Source: Caedibacter taeniospiralis (lineage in GTDB: Bacteria; Pseudomonadota; Gammaproteobacteria; Francisellales; Francisellaceae). From it: a stretch of 32,000 nt of DNA. This document shows, piece by piece, positions 1-8,770 of this stretch (its first letter is position 1; each line of letters begins with the position of its first letter). A program made the position numbers and the translations under genes. The DNA is taken from contig NZ_PGGB02000009.1 of the NCBI RefSeq assembly GCF_002803295.2, forward strand, positions 21,318-53,317. Reading direction: 5' to 3'. Under the pieces are notes generated by a model that saw only the letters and a program-made list of their open reading frames with translations, searched no databases and was not told where the DNA came from.

Positions 1-2
1 AA

Positions 3-275
3 ACTGCACATTTATTGGAATATGCAGATAAGGGTTTTGTCTCCCCTGTATTAGTTGATAGTACCGTCCTGACACAGATCTATAATGGTGTCTACGGTTA
101 CCTTGGCTATCAAAATCTTTCTGATCAATATGACAAGCATTATAGGAACGAGTATATTGTTTTAGGTAATAAGAGTCAGGAAGGATTAAATAGGGATAAA
201 CAGGGTGCCTCGGGCCTCATGATAGATTTTGTATATCCATACACAAAATCGAATCGGCTATCCTCGGCGGTATAA
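3..275 (+). CDS. hypothetical protein, 5' end outside window; frame stops just inside the GC-rich repeat
   Basis: The frame is open from nt 3 (the ORF track lists it from TTG at 15). I recognise no motif. TAA at 273-275 lies a few nt inside the repeat block that starts at 268, so the native 3' end may have been displaced. Confidence 0.35.
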   Translation, partial: TAHLLEYADKGFVSPVLVDSTVLTQIYNGVYGYLGYQNLSDQYDKHYRNEYIVLGNKSQEGLNRDKQGASGLMIDFVYPYTKSNRLSSAV

Positions 276-569
276 ATTTTGCCCGGGCCGCCCGCCTCAA
301 CGGTGCTTGTCCTCACAAATTCGCTACGCTCATTCCGAACAGACAACACGTTTCCGATTCTACTCTACGCCTTGGGTAAAAGCTTTTTCACAGACTTCGC
401 TCTGGCGCCTTCGGCACGCGGTATAAATTTTGCCCGGGCCGCCCGCCTCAACGGTGCTTGTCCTCACAAATTCGCTACGCTCATTCCGAACAGACAACAC
501 GTTTCCGATTCTACTCTACGCCTTGGGTAAAAGCTTTTTCACAGACTTCGCTCTGGCGCCTTCGGCACG
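268..569 (+). repeat. two head-to-tail copies of a 151-bp GC-rich unit (268-418 and 419-569), identical by eye
   Basis: Direct comparison shows cggtataaattttgcccgggccgcccgcctcaacggtgcttgtcc...ctctggcgccttcggcacg occurring twice with period 151. Track ORFs 229-426, 279-530 and 430-705 are only translations of this repeat. Confidence 0.95.
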
Positions 570-643
570 TCGCTTGCTGATCAACAGCGCAAGGCTACCC
601 GGGTCTACTCGCCCTCGCGTTCCGCTATCCATGGCTCGCAGCG
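569..643 (+). repeat. 75-bp segment, copy L; exact reverse complement of 31926-32000
   Basis: gtcgcttgctgatcaacagcgcaaggctacccgggtctactcgccctcgcgttccgctatccatggctcgcagcg directly abuts the second 151-bp unit. I checked the reverse complement of the last 75 nt of the window base by base. Confidence 0.95.
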
Positions 644-664
644 GAGGTAGAACAGCACCATCCC

Positions 665-1453
665 ATGTTCCAAGAAATCAACTATGCTATAGAGCTTCTA
701 TATGATCAGTTGAGCAAATCTGCAGAGGTTGATATCAGTAAAATTGCACAGGCATTGGTTAATTCACGCCATATTAATTCAATCGTACGGGCTATAAAAC
801 ATTATGAAAATCATAAATTTAACGCGCTTTTGCCCAACAACCCTGACAATGCAGCGTTTAACGCCATCAACCAAAGCCTGCTGCCACTTTATACTTATTT
901 AAAAGATCACAATATCAAGCTTGAGAGCTTTATTGGTGACTTGAATAAAATGAGAATAGCCAAAGTTGAGTTGAACGAAAAACTGGAGAATTTACTTGAG
1001 CTTATAACAAACAATACAGACAAGACAAAAGCCCCACTGAATAGTTATCTTTACACCTATTACCAGGAAGGGACTGTTCAGGTTGGTGATAAACAGATCA
1101 AGGTATGTTTGCCAAGATGTGTTCTGGATGCGTATGATCCTGCTTCTGCTAGTAAGAATACGGGATCATATAATCTGCAAACAGTGGTCAACAATCTTAA
1201 AGAAGCCTTAGAAGAAGCTAGTGATAGTGTTCTCCAAACGCCCATCGCAAAAATTAACGACACGAGAAAGAGTCTGGATAAATGTTATGAGGTAGTCTTA
1301 AAAAAACCATTTAAAGAACAACTCGAGCATGATGGTAAAGTGCTATTTGAAAAGGCTCCGAACAACGAGTTAAACAAAGACTCGAAAAACATGGAGTGGC
1401 TGTTTTGTGATAATAACGGAAAAGAGAAGAATGTGAGTCTAGACAACGCATAA
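665..1453 (+). CDS. hypothetical protein (orphan, K/E/N-rich, effector-like composition)
   Basis: 262-aa ORF with coding-like composition throughout and no recognisable motif. The frame is also open upstream to 581, inside the repeat, so the ATG at 665 may not be the ancestral start. Confidence 0.55.
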   Translation: MFQEINYAIELLYDQLSKSAEVDISKIAQALVNSRHINSIVRAIKHYENHKFNALLPNNPDNAAFNAINQSLLPLYTYLKDHNIKLESFIGDLNKMRIAKVELNEKLENLLELITNNTDKTKAPLNSYLYTYYQEGTVQVGDKQIKVCLPRCVLDAYDPASASKNTGSYNLQTVVNNLKEALEEASDSVLQTPIAKINDTRKSLDKCYEVVLKKPFKEQLEHDGKVLFEKAPNNELNKDSKNMEWLFCDNNGKEKNVSLDNA

Positions 1454-2723
1454 CAGGCAGATCACGTACCCTAAACTGCCAAGACAGTTTTCTGAAAATT
1501 CCTCTCACACCTGATTTTAGTGCCATTAGCCTTATGAATACTCGAGACCCTTCAGATAGGGGTATAAATCCCCACTTAGGCTTTTCTCTATCAAGCGGGA
1601 ACTTGCCCGCTACGCTGGCGAGCATCGTGAAAAGCACCTCGCCTGAGGTTGATTTTATATAAGGATGCGGATGGGTATAGCTATTAGCCTCAAGACTCTG
1701 TGCCGCTCCGCATAGCCCCCACTGATCAGTAATTCCCTTAAAATAACTTTCTTCAATCTTGCCACTGATTAATTTTGCATAAGAAGCATGAGTAACCCAG
1801 TTATGATAATTAATATAGTGATAGAACGCCCAATAACCAGAACCACCTATATCAGCATTGTTCCAGGTCATTCTTACGACATAAAGAGGAGCGGGGGCAA
1901 AGTGGCGCTGTCCTAATCTGCCCATAGCCGTCAAAATTTCCCGCTCTTCACTATCTCTATCCTCCCACGCTACATTACTATGAATAGTTTTATATGTGCT
2001 AAACGCTATCGAAATACCATTAGTGTTAATCGTAAAGCCATCTAAAAGGTCATTCGACACAGCACCCAGCTGATTTGGGCTTAGGCGAAAAAATGGCATT
2101 TGATAAAGATGTTCATTAAGCGACTCCTCAAACGCCCGTTTATTTTTGGCTTGCTCTTCTTCCAGCTTTATTTTCGAAAGTGCTAAATCCTCCTTATGCT
2201 GTTCCAGCTGATTATACAAAGTAGCCACCTTTTCACTAACCCCGTCAGTTTGATAGAGATACTTATTCAGAAATTCGTCAAACGCTAACACATGTTTGAC
2301 CTGTTCTTCTTCAAGTTTTCTTTTCGAAAGCGCTAAATCCTCCTTATGCCCTTCTAGCTGATTATACAAAGTAGCTACCTTTTGATTAACCTCGTTAGTT
2401 TGATAACGATAGTCACCCAGAAACTCATTAAATGCTAACGTATGCTTGGCTTGTTCCTCTTCTAGCTTTATTTTGGAAAGGGCTAAATCCTCCTTATGCT
2501 GTTCCAGCTGACTACGCAAGCTGTCTATTGTTTCCTTTGTGTCGTCGTAATAAACGGAGCTGACTGTTACATCACCACTGACTTCGAGATCATTTTCCTT
2601 ATTTTCTCCCACGATCTCATATTCATCACCAATCTCAGACCCTGGGTGGGCGAAAGCATAATTCGCTGTTGTTGGTATACTTAAAGCACACAAGCCTAAA
2701 CAGACGCTAAGCCTGACATACAT
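1311..2723 (-). CDS. secreted coiled-coil repeat protein with orphan C-terminal domain
   Basis: Start chosen at the ATG giving MYVRLSVCLGLCALSIPTTANYAFA-HPG, a Sec signal peptide with an AxA-like site. It has three ~50-aa repeats (LEQHKEDLALSKIKLEEEQAK...). The last ~47 aa overlap the convergent ORF 665-1453 and look non-coding in composition. Confidence 0.7.
   Translation of the reverse strand: MYVRLSVCLGLCALSIPTTANYAFAHPGSEIGDEYEIVGENKENDLEVSGDVTVSSVYYDDTKETIDSLRSQLEQHKEDLALSKIKLEEEQAKHTLAFNEFLGDYRYQTNEVNQKVATLYNQLEGHKEDLALSKRKLEEEQVKHVLAFDEFLNKYLYQTDGVSEKVATLYNQLEQHKEDLALSKIKLEEEQAKNKRAFEESLNEHLYQMPFFRLSPNQLGAVSNDLLDGFTINTNGISIAFSTYKTIHSNVAWEDRDSEEREILTAMGRLGQRHFAPAPLYVVRMTWNNADIGGSGYWAFYHYINYHNWVTHASYAKLISGKIEESYFKGITDQWGLCGAAQSLEANSYTHPHPYIKSTSGEVLFTMLASVAGKFPLDREKPKWGFIPLSEGSRVFIRLMALKSGVRGIFRKLSWQFRVRDLPVMRCLDSHSSLFRYYHKTATPCFSSLCLTRCSEPFQIALYHHARVVL
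2105..2525 (-). repeat. three in-frame tandem repeats, period 150 bp, inside CDS 1311-2723
   Basis: The anchor gctaaatcctccttatgc recurs at 2182, 2332 and 2482 (period exactly 150). The units are diverged and the third copy is partial. Confidence 0.9.
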
Positions 2724-3205
2724 GCTCTTAACTTGACTCTTTTCGATAGATACTCCCTGTTGATCAAACCCATCCCGCAAATACCCTGCGCGATTACTCT
2801 TCTTGACTACTTCGGCGTCCTCGCACAATAACACCTCGACGACAGAGCTTCACATTGCCTGCACATCGACACGTAAAACCATCCAAAGACACCATGCGAC
2901 TTAGAGTACCAATGTAGGACTTAGGACTCTCAGCCACGACACCCGATGGTAGCACGCGGAATAAGAGCGAAGTAAGTAAATTAAAGTCATAACGAGAAAC
3001 AGAAGGCGTGATATGGTAAAGTTTCGTTTCGTGTAGTACTTGGGCTCTGGCTATCTTTCCGCCCATTACTAAGTGTGGGTTGTCAGTGTGACGGACACCG
3101 ATTACTCACACCGACACGCTTGGGCGAGTTATTTGCCCACTGATGTGCAACTTCGTGTCGCACGTGGAAATTTCGTCTAAGCCCTTTAATGTAATCCTTT
3201 TAGCT

Positions 3206-4603
3206 TCAGATATAGCAGGCTTTTGCAACCTGATTTTGGTACTCCACAAGTGCTTGCCCAAGTTCTTGATCAGCTGCTACACCCGATGCTAATAGGGTAT
3301 TTGTTAGGGCAACAATATCTGTTCCACCAGCTAACCTAAGGCGCAAAGCATCAGCGGAAACACCAGTTAATAAGCTATGCACGGTGATCACTTTGGTGGC
3401 ACCTGCATTCTCGACATCAATCAATCGCGCCCCACTTAGGCCGTTTAAAATCGAAATAACTGTACTGTTGTTAGGCGTTGTAGCTGTGGTAATTAACTCC
3501 CTTAAGCGGTCAATATTTTCAGGACCCGACCAGGTTCCGTGCGAGCCCGGTCCTGCCAAGTTGGGCGAGTCGTGCGCATTAGCTGACGTATTGTGCGTAA
3601 TTGCTGGCTGCCCTGTTTCCAGTATGGTTAAGTGACCGTCTAGTACTCTTGAATTCCCTGCCACCCCACTTGTAACACCATCCGCGATTAATGGATGGTA
3701 TTTGACTATGACATTATCCTGGTTGCCTGTACCTATCGGCACTAAAAGTCGACCTAACTTCTGCTGTGCAACAAAGTAGACAAGCGTATTACCACAACGC
3801 GTTTCCATGGCAAGTGGTGTATTGGTCACTTGACTATCGTAAGTGTGAATCAAAGGTACGTTAAACGGATATACAAATTGTGCACCCGTCGTAGCGTCTA
3901 GCCAAGCAGCGGCATCTTCCTCACTAATATTTGCCGTATGATAAGCAGCTTCCAAAAGCACGCCTATGTTAGCACCAGCTGCTGCTGCAACAGCAGCAGT
4001 GAGTGGATTATTGACAACCGACACGGGGATGGTTTGACGGACAACCTCTCCTGTTACGGTATTGGTCGCATCAATGGTTATCATCAGCTGCTCGGCGCGA
4101 TAGCCGTTTGCACTATCTAGTACGTGTCCTCTGCGAGTTAGCACATTAACAGTTAATTGGCAGTCAGCACCATAGTGCAGTGTTCTTCCAGCACAGGTAT
4201 TTGTAACAACGTCTATACCAACTGGAACAGTGAAACTAAGGCTATACGGATCACCACTGCCTACCGTCATCACTCCGCTTTGGCGAACATCAAGGGTGTA
4301 GGTATTTTGATTAATAGCCGACGCCAGTAATGCTTTTTGGTTATTCACATCGCTTGCAACATGAACTGTTGTTGGGGTAACCCCGCCAGCAGTGTCACCG
4401 CCACCTCCGCCACCGCATCCACTGAGACCTCCTGCTACAGCTAAAGTAGCTAGCAAATACCTCGCAGCATGTTTGCGGAAGCGTGTGACATAGTCGTAAG
4501 TTTCGGCATTACTGACCAGGCTTATGCACTTTTTTTTATCAACACCTTTAGCGCACTGCGCTAGAGATGAAGCGATTTTTAATTGATTTTTTTCTGCTTT
4601 CAC
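3206..4603 (-). CDS. orphan lipoprotein
   Basis: 465-aa ORF with a lipobox, LLATLAVAGGLSG-C, followed by a GGGGGG linker. About 45 aa precede the signal peptide and there is no closer in-frame ATG. The gene is visibly GC-richer than its neighbours. Confidence 0.65.
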   Translation of the reverse strand: MKAEKNQLKIASSLAQCAKGVDKKKCISLVSNAETYDYVTRFRKHAARYLLATLAVAGGLSGCGGGGGGDTAGGVTPTTVHVASDVNNQKALLASAINQNTYTLDVRQSGVMTVGSGDPYSLSFTVPVGIDVVTNTCAGRTLHYGADCQLTVNVLTRRGHVLDSANGYRAEQLMITIDATNTVTGEVVRQTIPVSVVNNPLTAAVAAAAGANIGVLLEAAYHTANISEEDAAAWLDATTGAQFVYPFNVPLIHTYDSQVTNTPLAMETRCGNTLVYFVAQQKLGRLLVPIGTGNQDNVIVKYHPLIADGVTSGVAGNSRVLDGHLTILETGQPAITHNTSANAHDSPNLAGPGSHGTWSGPENIDRLRELITTATTPNNSTVISILNGLSGARLIDVENAGATKVITVHSLLTGVSADALRLRLAGGTDIVALTNTLLASGVAADQELGQALVEYQNQVAKACYI

Positions 4604-4624
4604 ATTAATTCGTCATTTGTTACG

Positions 4625-6370
4625 TTAATCAGTTGGATCTACCGTTTGGGTAATGCTGGTTTGCCTGACACATACCTTATGTAAAATAGCGTCAATGGTA
4701 TAAGGGATATGTTCTTTTTTCTGGGTGCGGCGACATTTATACTCGATCATATCCTCTTCCAGGGTTTGCTCCCCAATAATGAGCTGATGAGGGATCCCGA
4801 TTAAATCTGCATCGGCAAACATAATGCCTGCACGCTCCTTTCTGTCATCAAATAGAACGTCAAACCCTGCGGCACGCAAATCATTATGAAGTTTGGTGGC
4901 AACTTCAAACACTTTACTTGATCTGTGCATATTCATTGGAATAATTGCAATATCAAAAGGCGCAATTTCGCCTGACCAGATAATGCCATCTTTATCATGC
5001 GATTGCTCAATAGCTGCAGCAATAACTCGCGAGACACCAAAGCCATAACAGCCCATGATTAAATCCTGCTTTTTGCCATTTTCGTCAAGGATACTGGCAC
5101 CCATTGCTTTGGAGTAGTGATCACCCAGTTGGAAAATATGCCCCACTTCAATGCCGCTGGTTTGCTGGAGAACCCCCTTCCCATCAGGGGATAAATCTCC
5201 AATGACAACATTGCGGATATCAGCAAGCTCATAGCTTGCAATATCACGCCCCCAGTTGACGCCAAAAAGATGAAAATCATCTTCATTGGCGCCGCAGACA
5301 AAATCACTGAGCATCGCAGCACTATAATCAACAATGACAGGGATCGGAGCATTGACAGGTCCAAGTGATCCTGCGCTGGCTTTAAATACCACTTGAATCT
5401 CCTGATCACTGGCGAAAGTAAATGGTGCCGTAATCTGCAGCAGTTTTCCTACCTTGATTTCATTCAGCTCATGGTCACCTCGCACGACTAGTGCAAAGAG
5501 CTTATTATGGCTGTCTTTAATCACAAGCATTTTAACCGTTTTGATACTCGCAAGGTTAAATTGCTGACAAATATCATTGATCGTTTTGAGTTTCGGCGTA
5601 GCTCTTTTTTCTAATGCTTGGGCTGGCTTGGCACGCTGACTCAAATCGGGCTTTAAATATTCGGCCATTTCAATATTAGCCGCGTAATCACTTTGGTCAC
5701 TATAGCAAACAATATCCTCGCCAGCGGCAGCCAGCACCTGAAATTCATGCGTTTTACTGCCGCCGATGGCGCCCGCATCGGCGTTGACAACGCGAAACTC
5801 AAGTCCTATGCGTCGCAGAATATTACAATATGCCGTGTGCATTTTTTGATAAGTCTCTTCTAGACACTCGTAGCTGCTGTGAAAAGAATAAGCATCTTTC
5901 ATGATGAATTCACGCGCACGCATAACGCCAAAGCGTGGACGGATCTCATCACGGAACTTCGTTTGAATCTGATATAGATTCAGAGGGAGTTGCTTGTAGC
6001 TTTTTATTTCCTTACGCGCAATATCAACGATGGGCTCCTCATGGGTCGGACCATAACAGAAATCACGATGATGGCGATCCTGCATTTTTAGAAGCTCTGG
6101 TCCAAATTTTTGCCAGCGATGGGTTTCTTGTAATAGCTCAGCAGGCAGGATGCTCGGCATTAATATCTCGCAAGCGCCCGCCTTATCCATTTCCTCGCGG
6201 ACAATGGTCTTAACTTTTTGCAGCACTTTCATGCCCGTAGGCAGCCATTGATAAATGCCTGAGGCAAGTTTACGGATAAGCCCTGCTCTTAGCATGTACT
6301 GGTGACTGATCAGTTCAGCATCTTTAGGTGTTTCTTTTTCCGTGGCAAGTAAGGTTTGTGAGACTCTCAT
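4625..6370 (-). CDS. proS: proline--tRNA ligase (bacterial type with editing insertion)
   Basis: 581 aa. The N-terminus [46 protein letters not shown] and the overall length are typical of bacterial ProRS. Confidence 0.95.
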   Translation of the reverse strand: MRVSQTLLATEKETPKDAELISHQYMLRAGLIRKLASGIYQWLPTGMKVLQKVKTIVREEMDKAGACEILMPSILPAELLQETHRWQKFGPELLKMQDRHHRDFCYGPTHEEPIVDIARKEIKSYKQLPLNLYQIQTKFRDEIRPRFGVMRAREFIMKDAYSFHSSYECLEETYQKMHTAYCNILRRIGLEFRVVNADAGAIGGSKTHEFQVLAAAGEDIVCYSDQSDYAANIEMAEYLKPDLSQRAKPAQALEKRATPKLKTINDICQQFNLASIKTVKMLVIKDSHNKLFALVVRGDHELNEIKVGKLLQITAPFTFASDQEIQVVFKASAGSLGPVNAPIPVIVDYSAAMLSDFVCGANEDDFHLFGVNWGRDIASYELADIRNVVIGDLSPDGKGVLQQTSGIEVGHIFQLGDHYSKAMGASILDENGKKQDLIMGCYGFGVSRVIAAAIEQSHDKDGIIWSGEIAPFDIAIIPMNMHRSSKVFEVATKLHNDLRAAGFDVLFDDRKERAGIMFADADLIGIPHQLIIGEQTLEEDMIEYKCRRTQKKEHIPYTIDAILHKVCVRQTSITQTVDPTD

Positions 6371-6516
6371 AATTTATGATTCAAAGGACGATAGGCGCTC
6401 ATATTAGTTCGTTTTTTCGGCGGGTTCAAGCAGATTTACAGAAAAACAGTTGACGCTTAGGTTGATAGCAAGGATATTAACGAGTTATTTAGTTTTTCAA
6501 TAGACCTGTACGCATA

Positions 6517-7170
6517 GTGATTGAGATATATATACTGAAACTTGCTTGTTTTGCTGAGCAGCAGGCAATGGCTGACCTGCCTGCGCAAATCACGCTTAAA
6601 GCCACAGAATTCAAGCTGGTAAAAAAACGAATAGAATATCTGGCTTCGCAGTGGCTGCGCCATAGGGTGTTGAGTCAATACCTGGACGGTAAGTCAGATA
6701 AATTGCGGTTTGCAACAACACACTCAGGACGACCTTATCTTCTTGACAGTGACATTGATTTTAATATCAGCCACACCACGGACTATGTGGTTATGGCAGT
6801 AGCTAAAGGGCAGAAAGTGGGCATTGATGTACAAATTAAAAAGGAAAAAATTGATGCCTTAGCCATTGCTAAGCAATACTTTGCAGAAAGTGAATACAAA
6901 GCATTACTCGCCGTGACTGACTTAACGCAAAGGAGTAATCAGTTTTATTGGTTATGGGCATATAAAGAAGCCAGCTTAAAACTTACAGGTGAAGGGATAG
7001 TCCATGGTTTGGATCGTTATGCTTTCGATGTAGATAGCAATGGAAAGCTTAAGTCAGTGATCCTTGCACAGCGAACTTTTACCTATTTTAGTTATGCTTT
7101 GGATCAAAACACACTGATGTGTCTTGCCTTTGAAAATAAAAATAGCCCGATAAACTTATGCTATTTGTGA
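6517..7170 (+). CDS. 4'-phosphopantetheinyl transferase, Sfp/EntD type
   Basis: Motifs FNISHT, GIDVQ and WAYKEASLKLTGEG are present. The GTG start at 6517 gives an IEIYILKL N-terminus like Sfp. ATG at 6568 is an alternative start. Confidence 0.8.
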   Translation: MIEIYILKLACFAEQQAMADLPAQITLKATEFKLVKKRIEYLASQWLRHRVLSQYLDGKSDKLRFATTHSGRPYLLDSDIDFNISHTTDYVVMAVAKGQKVGIDVQIKKEKIDALAIAKQYFAESEYKALLAVTDLTQRSNQFYWLWAYKEASLKLTGEGIVHGLDRYAFDVDSNGKLKSVILAQRTFTYFSYALDQNTLMCLAFENKNSPINLCYL

Positions 7171-7225
7171 ATATACAACCATTACGGTATAGTGCCTTTT
7201 GTTTTTGAATCAATGTATTTTGCCG

Positions 7226-7786
7226 ATGAAGATTAATAAAGACGACATAGACATAATGGTTTCTCTGCTAAAAGAAAATAAGGTGCTGGCATTGCCAACG
7301 GAGTCGGTTTATGGCCTAAGTTCGGTGCTTGAACCCAAAGCAGTGCAAAAGATTATGATACTTAAAAAGCGTAGCCACAATAAGGGATTTATTGTGCTAT
7401 CAGGGGAAATAGAGCATTTACTGAGCGTTATTGATACGAGTCTGCTAAATGATATGCAGATTGCGAGACTCAAAAAAAAACACAACCGCGCAACAACCTG
7501 GATTGTACCAGTAAAGCCAGAATTTCGCTGGCTGACTGGACAGTTTGACAGCATTGCCGTGCGCCTGACTTCACATCCGCTTTTAAGCGAATTAACGCTG
7601 AAGCTTGATCGACCAATTATTTCAACGAGCGCAAATATTTCCGACATGCCTGCGGCAACTTCAGCAGCGGAGGTGAAAAAATATTTTGCCGATCAGGTTG
7701 ATTATGTTTATGTGCAAACTAATTTTGTTGCAGCTAAACCGTCGCGATTAATTAATTTATTGACAGAAGAAGTATTAAGGGATTAG
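7226..7786 (+). CDS. tsaC: L-threonylcarbamoyladenylate synthase (YrdC/TsaC)
   Basis: YrdC-domain signature LALPTESVYGLS plus ISTSAN. The first ATG in the ORF is at 7226. Confidence 0.85.
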   Translation: MKINKDDIDIMVSLLKENKVLALPTESVYGLSSVLEPKAVQKIMILKKRSHNKGFIVLSGEIEHLLSVIDTSLLNDMQIARLKKKHNRATTWIVPVKPEFRWLTGQFDSIAVRLTSHPLLSELTLKLDRPIISTSANISDMPAATSAAEVKKYFADQVDYVYVQTNFVAAKPSRLINLLTEEVLRD

Positions 7787-7899
7787 TAGAGATCAAGCCT
7801 AAGCAATAAAAATCATAAATCATCATCCAGCGCTAGGCGATGCTCAAATTAGTTTCTATACTGGGCGCTATTGGACATCAATACGGACTTAAATTAGGT

Positions 7900-8670
7900 A
7901 TGAAAAAGTTATTTGGTTCACTGGAAAAAAAAGGGAAAGGTATGAATGCAGATTCTGAATTGATGGGGAATAAGGTTCCACAAGAGAAGAAATCACCAAT
8001 GACCAGGCAGCAAAAATTAATGGTGCTTGGTGGTGTTATACTTCTGTGTATTTTGGTGTTTCAGCTGTTTACCATGAGCGATCAAAAAGAGGCTCAAGCA
8101 CAGCACCAAGCCGTGCAACTGCATATTGAAGATCAGGCAGGAGTAACCAGAAATACACTTGCTGATATTATTCATGCCGAAACCGAGCAGATACGTAGAT
8201 CAGCAGATGCAAAAGTGACTGAGTTACAGCAAATGATCCTAAATAACAGCACGGAAGTAATAACTCAGCTGCAACAATTGCAAATGAAGTTGGATGAAGT
8301 ACAAAAGCAAACCAAGAGTTTTGATAAACTCAGTGATGAGTTAGTGCAAAAACTTTCGGCAAAATTACAACACGCTCCCGCAGCCAAAGCAGGTATTGAA
8401 AAAACAGACAGCGTTCACACCATCCCTTTTGCCAGTTCAACTGCAGACAAACTGGCAACAAACTACCGAATTTATTCAGTCAATAGTTATGGTTTGGTGC
8501 TTCAAGCCGAAGATGGAACTTTTACAATTGCAAATATTGGGAAAGTATTACCAAATCTTGGTGAAATCACTTCAATGACGACCAATGAAGTGGTTGCGGG
8601 AGATTACAAAATCATTGCTAATCCTGCTGGATTTAAGGTCAATGAAACGGCTGCAATTTCTAACTATTAG
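7900..8670 (+). CDS. bitopic inner-membrane protein with periplasmic coiled coil and beta-rich C-terminal domain
   Basis: Single TM (LMVLGGVILLCILVFQLF) and a Q/L-rich coiled coil. The start is uncertain (ATG 7840, 7900 or 7942). Confidence 0.6.
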   Translation: MKKLFGSLEKKGKGMNADSELMGNKVPQEKKSPMTRQQKLMVLGGVILLCILVFQLFTMSDQKEAQAQHQAVQLHIEDQAGVTRNTLADIIHAETEQIRRSADAKVTELQQMILNNSTEVITQLQQLQMKLDEVQKQTKSFDKLSDELVQKLSAKLQHAPAAKAGIEKTDSVHTIPFASSTADKLATNYRIYSVNSYGLVLQAEDGTFTIANIGKVLPNLGEITSMTTNEVVAGDYKIIANPAGFKVNETAAISNY

Positions 8671-8770
8671 TGGAGTAATACGGCGTATCAGATACTACAA
8701 TCAGACTTGTGCTGCGTGGTGAGTTCATGGATAATCGTGCCCATAAGCTTCTTCTGGATACACCTAAAAA

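Noticed and set aside
268-569. Possible CRISPR array or rRNA/tRNA-like tandem genes
   Set aside because: The units abut directly with no spacers, there are only two copies, the unit is 151 bp long, and there is no cloverleaf or known RNA signature.
229-705. Track ORFs 229-426, 279-530 and 430-705 (65-91 aa, two with identical N-termini)
   Set aside because: They lie entirely within the 151-bp tandem repeat and the 75-bp segment. The identical peptides simply reflect repeated DNA, and their composition is not protein-like.
2794-3066. Minus-strand ORF of 90 aa upstream of the coiled-coil gene
   Set aside because: There is no RBS or motif, and it overlaps the unlikely 5' extension of ORF 1311-2834. 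It is kept only as part of the odd-spacer finding.
5059-6213. ORFs 5059-5409 (-, alternate frame) and 5935-6213 (+) inside proS
   Set aside because: They are shadow ORFs within a highly conserved gene.
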